Shown: positions 13,075-25,487, counted from the whole stretch's first letter. The stretch: DNA of 63,999 nucleotides, filler included, from Gonapodya sp. JEL0774 (GCA_027604505.1; 10 parts of 10 records of this genome joined end to end with filler, not necessarily neighbours in it); one strand, 5' to 3'. Numbers and translations are program-made. The notes: generated by a model not told the origin, from the letters alone.

Positions 13075-16000
13075 GGAACTGTGTAGGTGGTGCCGTTGTC
13101 GTACGTGCGAGTTTCAGTTAACGCCAACGCAACGCCGTTGAGTAGGAAGTCGTATCCGGTGTTGTAGAAACAAGTCGGAGCACCAGGAATCGGGTTCTTG
13201 TTCAAGACATCACCGAAGCCGATCATGGAGCTCGCCTAGTTTGTCCGATCACTGGGGTCATTCACAGGGCTACAAACACAAACTCATGCGTCCAGAAACA
13301 CTCACCTGTAGAAGGCCAGACACCGTGGCGGTAAGAACTTTGGTGTCAGCGACGTTGACTTGCGCGTAGGATCCGAGAGCAAGAGCCTGTCGACCAACTT
13401 CAGCGGAAACAACACCGAGAAGCTGGGTAACATTTGCCGGAGCGGGAAGCGTGGTAACATTGGCGAGAATGGTCTGTGCAGCAATGGCATTATACAGCTT
13501 GCCAGCGAGGGTGTAGAGTTGTTTCACGGTTGTATTTTGGGCCTCCGTGGCGTACTGCCACCTCTTGAAGCTGTCGATAGTGTCAACGATCGTCTTGTTG
13601 TTAATAACAGACTTCGTGAGAGTCAGGGAAGCGTCGCTCATTCCACCGACGGAAATGCCTGTAAGGTCAAAGATAAACTTCTCGCTTTCGAGACAAAAGA
13701 CTTCTTGTCCCAGCCATTCGTGGCGAATGATCGGGATGAAAACTCCTCGTGGATACCTATGATAAGGATGCTCGACATCACTAAACTATTGATTCGCAAT
13801 GAAAGAGGGTAATTCGGAAAACATACGCTGTCCAAACGAGGAGATACTTGAACAAGGATCCCCCAGGCCGAGCAAAAAGGAAACTGTCGGTGATATACCA
13901 TCCAGCGAGAAGGATACCCCAGAAGTAGTGAATGTTGAAGGCGGCGTTGGCATAGGGAATGGACTAAAAACAGACAAACATTCTAGCACGCTGATACACT
14001 GTTGGCATAATCCGTTCTGTCACGAACCGCAGCCATATACGCGCACAGCAAGTTCCAACCCGTGACTGCCCAGCACTCGAGCACAAAGTAGAGAATGTAC
14101 AATCCGAAAAACTCAGTGAGCCAGTTGGATAGACTGAATGCGATCAGAATGCACACGGCCTTAAAAGACGATGAATGAACAGAAAGCAAGTGAGGGCGGG
14201 CTCCTATGCTTTTCAAGAACATCAATACCGACCATCATGAATGATAAGAAAATGAACTCCACCAGGAAGTTTGTGACGATGAAAAAGAATCGGTTGTAGT
14301 AACCCGCAGCCCTATTCAATATCGCGTAAAATGCATGAATCTCGGTGTTTCCCTAGCAAAACCAAAACTGCTTACTCACTCCTCGTGGTAGTACTGCTTG
14401 CGTTTCTCCAGCCCTATCGAGAAGGATGATTTAAAGAGAAGTTACCTAAAGAGTCTTGAATGCCAAAACGAACAAACGCTTTGTATGCGTACAGTAGGCA
14501 ATTGCAGCGGATCCGAATCCGGGTGTCATGAGCTTGAGAGCAAACAGTTCCGAGATTCTGAGAGGATTTTTGCATTCAATTAGGACAGGTTGGATCAGAT
14601 GGGATGACTTTAATGACTCACTTTCCACTGGATGCACTGTAAGAGCGGCCGAGACGGAAGAACGCCAAACCAAAGAATATCGAAGTGAAAACTGCGGCGG
14701 CAAATCGTGACGTGCTCATGATAGGATTGCGTATGTAGATTCGTGTTTGACGCAAGAACAATTGCTGGATCTGTACGACACCCGACGCCTGTTGGTAAAA
14801 ACCGAGGTTGTCCTTCCACGTTGGCTGCTGGTCCAGTCCGATGGGTTTATAGTTGCGAATAGATCCTTGACCCGAATGAATGGCTATTGGAGATCGATCG
14901 CCACAGTTTCAAAACTCGGGAGGACAAAAAACTTCGAATCAAACAGGGCACTATAACCCACCATCAACAGACTTCTCAAGAATGTCCTTTTCACGGGCTT
15001 TCTCCCAAGCTTCAATCAGCTTGTCTGGATTTGCAGCTTGAGCGTCGGCATAAATCTCTGCTGGGTTTCCATGAACCGGAATTCCCAGGTAGCTCTCAAA
15101 GTAAGAGATGCAGTCAGACACACGGCCGAAGTAGCACATGCGTCCATTTGCAAGCAGTAAAAGGTTATCGAATTGCCTCAAGATTGTGTACGACGGTTGA
15201 TGGATCGTCGCAACTGAGGTGTAGATCGAGAGTGAGGAAAGGAGTTAATGACTCCGATCAATTGAAGCTCACCGCAAGCGAGTTTGCGCAATTTGACAAC
15301 CTCGAGTGTATTCTCGACGACTTCACGACCGGTGTTAGAATCCAAGCCCGTTGTCTGTACAAACGATGGTAAGTCAATCAAACGAAAGAAGCGAAATCAC
15401 ACCCAGTCGTTTCTTTGCTTCTACGCACGGGTTCGTCTAAAAATACCACGGAGGCGACTGGAAGAAGCTCCACCGCGACGTTGACACGTTTGCGCTCCCC
15501 AGTCGAAAGACCACGGACGAGCGCAGAACCGATGCGGTTGTTCTCGACGTAGTTAAGCCTCATCACAGACAAAACATCTTCGATCTTTGATGTCATTTGT
15601 TTTGAAAACGGTGCATATTGTGCGTCAGTTCGGTGGCCATACAACCGCTCTATGCAGTGAATGTTGAAATACTCACACGAGCAACTCTCTGCTCTGCCGT
15701 CCACTCGGTTGGGAGCCGAAGAGCGGCGCAGAACTCGAGTGCTTCCCGAACCGTAAGCTCCGGAGGAAGCAAATCATCACTGGTTACTGGTGTGCAAGCA
15801 GGTATGAGCTGAGCAACGATGCGACATAACCATGATGACTGCGAGACACGCACCATAGCCGTTGTGCTTGATGAAAGTTCGTTGTGTGAGCTTCTCTCCG
15901 CTGGAGTATCAAAATTCCGAGTTGAGATTGAAAAAGTTAAGTGGGAATCGAAGATGATACTCACTTGAGCATAATGTCCTGCGAGAATGTGCCGGTGGTC

Positions 16001-16483
16001 TTGCGATACGAGAGAATGTCGAGTAAGGTGGATTTTCCAGCTCCAGAGGGTCCCATGATAGCCAAGCTCTCGCCGGGCTAAAGGTTGAACGCAAAACTCT
16101 TGTCGACAGTGCAACACGAAACATATGAATGTCGCCCGACAAACCTTGCAGTAGCCCGTGGCACCTTCGAGCAGTTGCTTGTCTACTCCATCTACACGAA
16201 GGACGCAGCTGATGTTTCGGAAGGAAAAGTATGAAGGACGGAGCTCGCTCTCGTCCTTGACAGCTGGAATTCAAAGCAAAACCCCATGAGCACATGATCG
16301 ACGTTCCAAACACGAAAGAAAGAGTGTCTACTAACCCCAAGAGCCCATTCTGACCATCCGTTTCTGACCCAGTTCCGGGATACCGGCACCAGAGGCGCTG
16401 GCAGTGGCATCGGAAATTTCGGCAGCAGGGGGAACGTCCGACGCGCTCACGATCAGCTTTTCTGTGACTTCCGTAGAGGCCAT
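13075..16483 (-). CDS. ABCG (White-like) ABC transporter, multi-exon, 3'-truncated at contig end
   Basis: Walker A GPSGAGKSTLL (about 16020-16060), signature GLSTGERKRV, Walker B VFLDEP/TTGLDS, IHQP and FDNLLLLANGRMCYFG are followed by hydrophobic TM exons. Confidence 0.9.
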
Positions 16484-18026
16484 TTTCAGGGGCTCCAATG
16501 GAATTCGTACGTGGAAGATCCAATGCTCGGGGTCAGGTTGGTTCCCTTTCAGTGTGGCGGAAGTGCGTCCCGCGGGGGACGGGAGACACCTCAGGTATCT
16601 TTGCGGCAAAACGCAAACCGGATCCGAACTTGTTGAGAAAAAATCTGCGCGGCCGGGCAAGCTTAAAAAAAAGGTTGCACATCTTCCATGTCTGCTTCCT
16701 TCGATGATTTCTGTCACCTTGTCGTTTTTTGGGGTTGTTCGTCAAACTTCTACCCACAACTAGTGCACTCTGTTAAGTCAGTGTTCTGGATAAAATACTA
16801 ACATTGAACCAGTATTAGTACACCTCTTGTACCGTTGCTGCCCTGCTTCATGGGAGTTCTCCCAAACAGAAACTTTTTCAAATTCGCTGAACAAGAAGAT
16901 CGCAAAAAAGGGAAGCTCGACCATTCTACACGGAATCTACGATCTGCGATTGAAAGTATCGGTGTTCGCCTCTATCACGATTATGTTCGTCACTTGTCTT
17001 TGTTAACCGTTGCTGCCATGCATGTTGAGACCACAACACACAAACATTAGACCCCTTTTCCGGGTCCCCCAAGAAAGGGTGGCTAAGTAAAATGGTCTCC
17101 CAAGCTATCGAGAGGCTTTTGCGAACTGTGATGGCTTCTCCAAATGCGGCCTTCCAAATCGAGATCTGCGCGTTGTAGGACACTCAGGCCGGGCCTGCGG
17201 GGCCTTGACTCGAAACCACCACCTCGAAAAGGGTAGAGACAAACAAAGTTCCAAGAGAAATAAATCTGGATGGGAACTTGTCCGGAATAATATGTGTGTT
17301 CACATGACCCACAATGCGGCAGTCGTGGATTGACGCATCGGGTATTGCCAATCGATCACCGGTTGGTTCCTCCGTACCCGCTTGGTAAATCCCGGTGCAA
17401 ACAGATCTGCACTACATCGTCCTTCCGTTAAGGAAATCCATATCTCAATCATACGTACGAGAATAGAGGCTCGACATGTTGTTGAAAGGTGAATCGCCCT
17501 CGACAGGCTTTCACTTCCGTCATCGGTTTATTCACTTCTTTCATCACTTGGAACGACTCTACACAAGTTGTACCCACTATTCCCATTGCTCATAATAGGA
17601 TTCATTGACGCGAAGACCTACTGGGCGGGCCACCTAGTACTTCTTGAACGGAGGCATTGAGCGTATGTTTCGCATCTCGGGGCTTTTTCCAACAATGTAC
17701 AGCTAATGCGCAAATAGCGGTATGTTGCTGCCAGAATGATGTGCGACGCATGGCCGACTACCACTTCACGATCACGCATGACCACAGAAGTGATACATAT
17801 ATAGTTGAAAGTTAGCATTTAGTTGGATGTTCTTGCCGTTCATAGGGCCTACAAGGACAGTTATAGACTTGGCGATCATGGTATTGGGCAGACCCCCCCT
17901 CTTCCTTCGTGGCCTTCCCACCGCGGAAGTGCTTTCGGGAAATCCGAGTATTTACGCGCGGAGCTTACACGCCAAGACCGCCACCATGGTCCTTCAGAAT
18001 CGTCTCAGCTGATTCAAGATCATTCA

Positions 18027-19379
18027 ATGGAAACTGAAGTTCCCGAGTGCTGCAGAACTGGACATTTGTTTTCTGGGTGAGGTCGCCCTGTGCAGGTTCT
18101 GGTGATGATCGATGCGACCAAGGTGCTCACTGCTGTTCATGATTTGGGCATCAGAACCCCAACTGGCACCGAAACAACACTATGTGGTCTTAGCTGCTAC
18201 GTCTCGTCTCCTCCATGTGAGTATCGGTCCGTTGATCCTGTTGGCATCCTTGAGCTCACCCTGTCGACTCGACATTCCTGTTGGCCTTATGATACTCACA
18301 ACCTTGGGAACGGGCAGCGAAAAGTTCAAACACTGCTGTCCTTGTTATACATGACATTTTTGGCTGGACACTCCCAAACACCCGTCTTCTGGCTGATGCA
18401 ATCGCGAAGGATGGACACACGGTTTACGTTCCCGGTGGGTTCTGACTCGTCTGATATTGCCCATAGCTCGTACTCCCCAGCCAAGCAATGCACTTCCATC
18501 TTCTTGACACAGACTTCTTCGAAGGCCGCTCCACTATAACTCCGGAGAATCTGGACGAGATACAGAAGGCCAGAGGTTCCACGATCGGTACTGCACTGGC
18601 TATAGGCAAAGGTGAGCAGCCATCTAGGTAGCGTCTTGTATCCAAAACAATTGTACAGAGGCGACACTATTTCCTGCTCCAAGCGCTCTACATGGCTCCT
18701 GGGGTAGCCCTTACTATCATCCGTCGTGCGGAAGCAGTAACCCTTGTACAAAGGTTCGCCAAGTTTCTTCGCGACACTCAAAAACACGATAAAATCGGAT
18801 CAGTGGGCTACTGTTGGGGAGGAATGTGAGGAGCTTTGAACAGCCGTGCCATCCGGCTCTCTCCGATGAGGCGCTCACCTCCCCACCATTTACCTTCGGT
18901 CCCACTCCCTCAAGGCCCTCCCTGTCACTCGGCCAAACCGACCCGCCTCTTGTCGAGTGTTGTGCCCAAGCTCACGCCGGTCGGTGGCAGACACCTCCCA
19001 GCAAAGATGCTGAAGACCTCAAGGTCCCCACGCTGTTCATGTTTGCACACGAGGACAGGTCCATCAGCAACGTGGACAGGGCTGGGATTATGGAGGTTGC
19101 AGAGAAGAGGAACGCAGAGGAGAAGACGAAAGGGTGGTTTGAGTGTAATGTGTAAGCTCAATGCCGGACTCGCCGCGTGTCCGTGTCCACGTACATTTGT
19201 GCCATTGACTCACGGACGTCCACGCATCATCTTTGCGACGATCCTTGCGACACAGGTACGCCGAGCCCACCAAACATGGCTTCGCGATCCGTTGTGACGA
19301 GGCTGATGAAGTTTTGAAAAGGGAGCGGGACCTGGCTTTGGATCATACGAGAGCATTCTTCAGAAAGTGGCTCATTTGA
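18027..19379 (+). CDS. Dienelactone hydrolase family alpha/beta-hydrolase, multi-exon
   Basis: N-terminal PECCRTG, nucleophile motif GSVGYCWGG (about 18795-18820), LKVPTLFMFAHED, and catalytic His in KHGFAIR. Confidence 0.85.
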
Positions 19380-19501
19380 TGCGAGTTCACAGTAAAAAAG
19401 GGATTCAAAGGAGAAACAGATGTCGTTGAACACACAATATTATATTCAGAAAATCGATGCGACAATGTCTGTTGTTACCAAGTCAGCATGCACCAACTCC
19501 A

Positions 19502-19601
19502 NNNNNNNNNNNNNNNNNNNNNNNNNNNNNNNNNNNNNNNNNNNNTTAATTAATTAANNNNNNNNNNNNNNNNNNNNNNNNNNNNNNNNNNNNNNNNNNN
19601 N
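19502..19601. other. Artificial contig spacer
   Basis: N44-TTAATTAATTAA-N44. Confidence 0.99.
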
Positions 19602-22509
19602 CGACGTGCTCCAGCAGCGTGACGGCCTTGCCCACCTGCCCGTTTGCCTGGTACGCCTGAGCGAGTGTCATCTGCGAGGCGAGGCGGTCCGGGTGGTCCT
19701 CCGCCAATCCTGAGAAGACAGCAACGACGTGCTCCAGTAGCTTGACGGCCTTGGCCACCTGGCCGTTGGCCAGGTACGTATGAGCGAGGTTGTGCTCCGA
19801 GGCGAGACGGTCCGGGTGGTCCTCTGCCAGCGTCCGCTTATAGACAGCGACGATGTGCTCCAGCAGCTGCACGGCCTTGCCCACCTGCCCGTTGTCCCCG
19901 TACGCGTTAGCGAGGTAGTTCTGCGATTGGAGACGGAACGGGTGGTCCTCTGCCAATTTCGTGGATTCGACGGCGACGACGTGCTCCAGCAGCTCCACGG
20001 CCTTGCCCACCTGCCCGTTGACCCGGCACGCGGAAGCGAGGACGGCCTGTGATTCGAGACGGGACGGGTGGTCCTCGGCCAGTTTCAGCTCATCCCGTCT
20101 TCCGATGTCACATTTCTGGAGCCACAACACGGCTTCTGGCACTCTGCCGTCCTTCCGCAAGCATTGCCCGATCCAAAAGCAGAGGTCGTATCGCTCCTTC
20201 AATTCCTTGCCTTCACTGCTTCCAAGCACTTTCACGGCATGCGGGAGGTACGCCCTCCACACATCCCTCTGGTCCCAATCGTCTGTTGGAAAAACTGTTG
20301 CGATGTGCTGGATTGCTTCTCTTGTCTTTTCTGCCGCGAGGCCCTGTATCCGGAGCCAGTCTCCAGCCGCCAGATGCACTAACCGGTGGATATCGTACAT
20401 GTCCTGGTCCTTCCGAGGCGACACAAAGGCGTAGCTGGTGAGAACACTGATTGTATCTGATACATCTATTGCATCCCCTTTGAGTGGTAGGATGGATCGT
20501 GGGATCGCCTTAGACTCAATGCACGACATAAATGAGAGGAGATCTGCTGCCATTGGAGACCTCTCGCGGATCTGCATGAAGGAGACCAACCACGTACTCA
20601 TTACCGCATTTTTTGATCCTTTATATTGTTGCTTATTCACAAATTCCTTGCTGAGTAATTTTGCTGCAGCATGCTCCTTGCTTTTCAGCAGTCCCATGTA
20701 CCCCTCGATTGATAACTGAACATTGTTGTTGATGTACGCTGCTGCCTGAGAGAGTGCCAAAGGTAGATAGGTGAGTTCCTCCAGAAATTTATCCACGTTT
20801 GCAGTGTCGTTGAGCAACTCTTTCCGGATGAGGGACTTTTGAAGTAAATCTTTCGCTTCCTGCTCGTCCATGGCATCCACGTCAATGACATCGGTAACCT
20901 CCAGTGCCACTGCGACTTCCCGAGTGCGAGTTGTATACAGGAAGAGTCCTTCGTCGCTCTGTGGAAGGTAATCGGCGATTCCCTGGGCCACCGCAGATCC
21001 GGTAACAAGTCCGATGTCGTCGGCGTTGTCGAGGATGATGAGCCAGACGCCGGCTTTCTTCGTACTCAGATGCCGCTTGACAACTTCCTTGATGTCGTCA
21101 TCCTTTTCCGAAGGTATGCCCAGTGTTCTTACAATTTCCCTGCACGCTTGTTCGAAGCTTTCCATGCTGACTGCGGGCAACCAAAACACAGAGCGTCCTC
21201 TGTCGGCATGCTCTTGCTTCACTTGGTAAGCAAACTCCAGAGCGACTTGAGTCTTCCCGACTCCGCCGAGACCGACGAGCGCCATATGTCGGCACTCCTC
21301 GTTGTGCAACAGCTTCTGCGCCAGCTGTCGGAGCTGCGATGTGCGGCCCACAAAACGGGGATTTCGTGGAAAAGGGATGTAGGCTGTTGCATCAATGACC
21401 GTGAGGGTGAGTTACAACTGAAAAGGATGACACTGTGCGAGGCACGACAGCAAAACAAAAGCGCGAACCTCGTGTTCCCGGGTCAGCCCTCGGTATCCCC
21501 AACAGGAGTTCCTTGGCACATGCTGCAGATGTGCCCGCCGCGTACCCTTGCCAGTTGGTGTTTTTGTGTGAGTCCGCATAGTCGGAGATACCACGGATGA
21601 TGAGGCATGGGAAATGGTTCATAAGCCCTGCTGCTTCCATCTCGAAGCACAGAACTCCTCCGAGCTCTTTGCTGGCCTTGTCCCGTTGCACCCCGTCCTT
21701 CATGTCCTGATTCCCGGATGCAATCAAACCGTAGTGAACCACGGGATCTACACCCATCCGGTCTGGCCGCGATGTCACCTGCATGATTGGGTTGCAAGAC
21801 CCGCACGTGTGGTGGCCACGTTCGTGATTGTATGTGGGATGGAATAAGATGTCTGGACCGGCAGTCTCGCGATTGAAGACTGGAAGCCGTCTAAGCTTCT
21901 CAAGGTGTTCCGCGAGGCGGATATCTCCAGCAAGATGATTGGCTTGAATTTGGCTGACGGCATTGAGAAGCAAACGGGGTGGACTGTTAAGATATCCCTT
22001 TCGCCGGAACCCCTCCGAAGTGTGTTCCCCGAAGTCGTATTGCACCACACCACCGTATGTTTCAAAAGGCTGACTGACAACCACGTCTCCCAGACGAATG
22101 TCTGCTTCTGGGCTGGGAACGCCGCCTCCGATGCCCACCATGAGACCGAACTGCAGTGAATCGAAGGTCCGTCCGAGGTTGTTCGCAACCGTAGCGGCAG
22201 AGTTTGTCCCACGATTTCCGGCCGGAAGACAAGCGACGACAACATTGTGAACCCCGATCCGTCCGAAAGAGTAGATGTTCGGGTCCCTCTTGTCCCGATC
22301 GAGTGGTTGATATTCCTCATCAAACATTGCCCGGGCAGCCGCGAGCTCGGTCGGAAGAGCGCATATCCACCCAACGGTATACTCGTCGGAACGCAGGCGT
22401 CTTGCCTTGGAGCCATCTGGAGTCGCAAAGGGGTGTGTATGGTAAGTTGACAACTGTGATCCGGAGAAACACTCTGTCAGGGATCACCTCCGGCACGCCC
22501 GTCCGACAT
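19602..22509 (-). CDS. Fungal NLR: PNP_UDP (nucleoside phosphorylase-like) + NB-ARC + TPR repeats; 3'-truncated
   Basis: The PNP_UDP region has YTVGWICALPTE, GLMVGIGGG, DIRLGDVVVS, CFEMEAAG and IIRGISDYADSHKN. The NB-ARC region has Walker A GLGGVGKT, Walker B LIILDNADD, LPLAL and IHRLVH. About 42-aa repeats (LAEDHPxRLxS...NGQVGKAVxLLEH) follow. Frame-restoring introns are at 22417-22487 and 21384-21468. Confidence 0.92.
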
Positions 22510-22846
22510 TTAATTCAATTCTCTGAGGTATAAATATGGTGTTTCCTTGGGATTTTCTGCCTAGGAATCTCCAAATTGGGGGATATCGTATGAGGAATTG
22601 CTGCTGCTGAAACGGGCCACGGTCACTGATGATAGATATCACAAGTACCCTGGTCCAGCACGTTCCTGGTTTGAGAATACAGTTGCGCTAGGAATCAACT
22701 CAAGGTGAGCAACCTAGACCAGCCAGAAAGGGAGGTCATTTATTTTCGGGAGTATATGGTCACCATCACCCCCTTCATCGAACTCCCCTTCATCAAACTC
22801 ATCGAACTCACCGTCACCATCACACTCTAATTCGACATTGCCAAGC

Positions 22847-23386
22847 ATGAGTGACTACCCTTCGGGAGGGACGTATGCTCCTAACTCGGCTGAGTTAACC
22901 AAATTACTGAGTGATGCGTGTAAAGTTGCAGGGATTGAGTCTTCGTGTGCTACAAATCAAGCAATTCACGATTTGATTCAAAAGGAGTCGGGTGGCCGTG
23001 TCGGTATTCCAAACTACACGATGTCTAATTGGTTGCCATCTCCCTTTAACATAAGCGACCTTCAGAGTCGAACAGATTTATGGCCAGCATTGTGGGAAAA
23101 AATGAAATCAGGGGATCCCGCCTACCGAGGCAGCACCGGCACTCAATCCCGAAGGGACTGCATAGGTCTTTTTCAAGTGTGCTTTGATTCAGGATCCACT
23201 TCCCGAATGCTCAAGGACAGTTCCGGAGCGCCAGCACTCGGCAACCCACTAGCGGAGGCCGTCGGGGGGCTTCTTGGAGTCAAGGCGGTGTACGGTACTC
23301 CAGAAATTCTATTGTACGGCGGAACAAAACCCGACGGATCGTGGTGGGGTGGATACAGCTCCGGATCAGGGTGGGATGGATGGTAA
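22847..23386 (+). CDS. Lysozyme-like / soluble lytic transglycosylase (SLT)-like protein of bacterial type
   Basis: Intronless domain with LIQKESGG (catalytic Glu in ES motif I), IGLFQV (motif II) and NPLAEAVGGL..VKAVYG (motif III-like). An in-frame Ser/Pro-rich stretch precedes the ATG. Confidence 0.65.
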   Translation: MSDYPSGGTYAPNSAELTKLLSDACKVAGIESSCATNQAIHDLIQKESGGRVGIPNYTMSNWLPSPFNISDLQSRTDLWPALWEKMKSGDPAYRGSTGTQSRRDCIGLFQVCFDSGSTSRMLKDSSGAPALGNPLAEAVGGLLGVKAVYGTPEILLYGGTKPDGSWWGGYSSGSGWDGW

Positions 23387-23717
23387 TGGCAAGCTCAAAC
23401 GCGAGCCAAAGTACATCACAATTGATTCGTCTCTTATTTTTGGATATCAAATCGACTGAATCAATGTTGCACTTTTCACACAATGATGTATGAACAAGTG
23501 TTGTAAAAGTGCAACTCATATATATGATCTCAATTTGATTGAAAGTACGTTCCATCCACCACCACCGCCACCAACCGTTCGAGTTCGCCATCCGTCGACT
23601 TCGTTCTTGAGAATATGGACGTGGATGGCTTTGCCATGTTTTTGGAAGTCCCTACTCCGTCGATACATGGTCACTCGTATTAGAATTGGTCAATCAATTT
23701 GGGTGTATTGCTTGGCT

Positions 23718-25487
23718 CTATCTTCTAGGGCGATATTTTATGATCAAGTATGCAATAATCCATGCTCCAACCATCACTCCCGCAAAAACAGTACCAATAA
23801 TGTACGCCGTTCCGAAACTTAGTCCCGAACGTACAAAGTGAACAACACTGTAAGCAAAAGATCCCGCAATGGCAGCTAACCATAGAATTATGAGGGCGTG
23901 ATCGGTCAGCCTCGTAAGCGCCTTCTCGGCTCTGGGCGATGTCCCCCACGTCGTGTGCCACACCAGGACTAGCGCTTGCATCTTGGCCATCAACAGCCCA
24001 GCCATGTACATAAAGGTGTATCCGAAGAAGAGGAGGAAATCCGGCCGGCGTGTGATGATCAGCGGCACAATTGCCCTGACCAATCCGACGAATATGAAAA
24101 TGTCGATCCATAACACGAAACGCCACAGATCCGCTGACACAAATATAGATATAATGTTGAAGAGAAGCAGGAATGGGTACAAGGTCTGGAAGCAGAGCTC
24201 AAAGAGCATCCAGGCTGAATGGCGGTGAGCAAAACGCAGGCTGATCAAGCACTCTCGATAGAATGACTTCGACCACCGTGTCTGCTGGGTGACCCATCGA
24301 AAGAATCCGGTCGGCGTTTCCGTGGCGCACGTGGCTAGGTGGGTGTATTTGACTGTCCAACCTGCTTTCAACACCAAATTTGTCAAGTGGCGATCGTCGC
24401 CAAAGCTGCACGGCCTTCCGAAAAATTTCTGGTCGGCCCATTCATCCACAATCTGGTTCAATACCGCTGTCCGATACACGCCCAGAGGTCCCGAGACGCA
24501 CATCACGGTTCCAAAGTACGACTGCGCCGCCCGCTCGATGTTGAAGGCCCACCAGTACCGAAGGGAGCTCAGGAAAGAAACGGCAGTCTCCTGATTGAAG
24601 ATGCCGACGTCGCCGGTCACCGCGCCGACGAGGGTATCAGACGCGAGTATGTACGCGAGTTCCCCCATCGAGAGTCGGTGCAGCTCCGTGTCTGAATCTG
24701 TCACCATCCACGCGTCGACGGCTTGGTCCAACTTGAATCCTAGGTACATTGTGGCTCGCTTTCCCGCATGTTTCTGGACAATGCATATCACATTGCTGAC
24801 CATCGCGTCCGCTGGTACCTCCCTAAATGAATTTGCAAATACCACCAGTGCACTGGGGAACACTTTGGTGAACACTTGTCGCATCTCCAAATCTGCCGCA
24901 TGGTCGCTATTCCCATCTATGACAACAATCGTACGCCTGAGCCCGCCGTACGAAATGTCCTTCGCATGCCTCAGACAGCTCTCAAACAGTTCGGCTTTCT
25001 CTCGGTAGCCCACAATGAGCAGATTGACAGAGGGCTGTGTCCATGTATTTCCAGCAGCGTTTCTCGACTTGTTCAATTGAATGCGATGCGTGATCGCAAA
25101 TGCCGTTTGAAGAACATAGTACGCGGTGATCAGAACGCCGTAGACTCCGAGACCAATGTATGTCGATGTGACAAGGTGCCAACGAAGCGCGTATGACGCG
25201 ATGACAACTCCGATGAGAATGCAGGCAACGGTCACCGAGAAGATCGACCGAATAATGAGCTGGGTAGTGGTCAGTGACGAAACTGACTCCTGGCGAGCGA
25301 CGGAGTCCACACTTTTGAGCGACGCCTGCGTTTTTTCGGGAAAACTGATCTCAGTTTCAAGAACAGAATCATACTCGAATGTAGAGAAATTCATACGTAC
25401 CGGTGGTGGATCACTGCTGATAATCTTGATCACCACGTGTTCAGAGCCCGACGATGAATTCGGAATGTCAGAGGAAGAAGATTCCAT
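23718..25487 (-). CDS. Class I hyaluronan synthase-like GT2 processive glycosyltransferase (intronless, about 589 aa)
   Basis: Two N-terminal TM helices, then VIDG, GKR, DSDT, SLRYWWAFNIERAAQSYFG, CVSGPLGVYR, FGDDRHLTN, QQTRWSKSFYRE, C-terminal TM helices and WGTS. Confidence 0.85.
   Translation of the reverse strand: MESSSSDIPNSSSGSEHVVIKIISSDPPPVRMNFSTFEYDSVLETEISFPEKTQASLKSVDSVARQESVSSLTTTQLIIRSIFSVTVACILIGVVIASYALRWHLVTSTYIGLGVYGVLITAYYVLQTAFAITHRIQLNKSRNAAGNTWTQPSVNLLIVGYREKAELFESCLRHAKDISYGGLRRTIVVIDGNSDHAADLEMRQVFTKVFPSALVVFANSFREVPADAMVSNVICIVQKHAGKRATMYLGFKLDQAVDAWMVTDSDTELHRLSMGELAYILASDTLVGAVTGDVGIFNQETAVSFLSSLRYWWAFNIERAAQSYFGTVMCVSGPLGVYRTAVLNQIVDEWADQKFFGRPCSFGDDRHLTNLVLKAGWTVKYTHLATCATETPTGFFRWVTQQTRWSKSFYRECLISLRFAHRHSAWMLFELCFQTLYPFLLLFNIISIFVSADLWRFVLWIDIFIFVGLVRAIVPLIITRRPDFLLFFGYTFMYMAGLLMAKMQALVLVWHTTWGTSPRAEKALTRLTDHALIILWLAAIAGSFAYSVVHFVRSGLSFGTAYIIGTVFAGVMVGAWIIAYLIIKYRPRR

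Noticed and set aside
1..19501. Secondary-metabolite cluster (P450, SDR, ABC transporter, hydrolase)
   Set aside because: The genes lie on different contigs joined artificially, and there is no backbone synthase.
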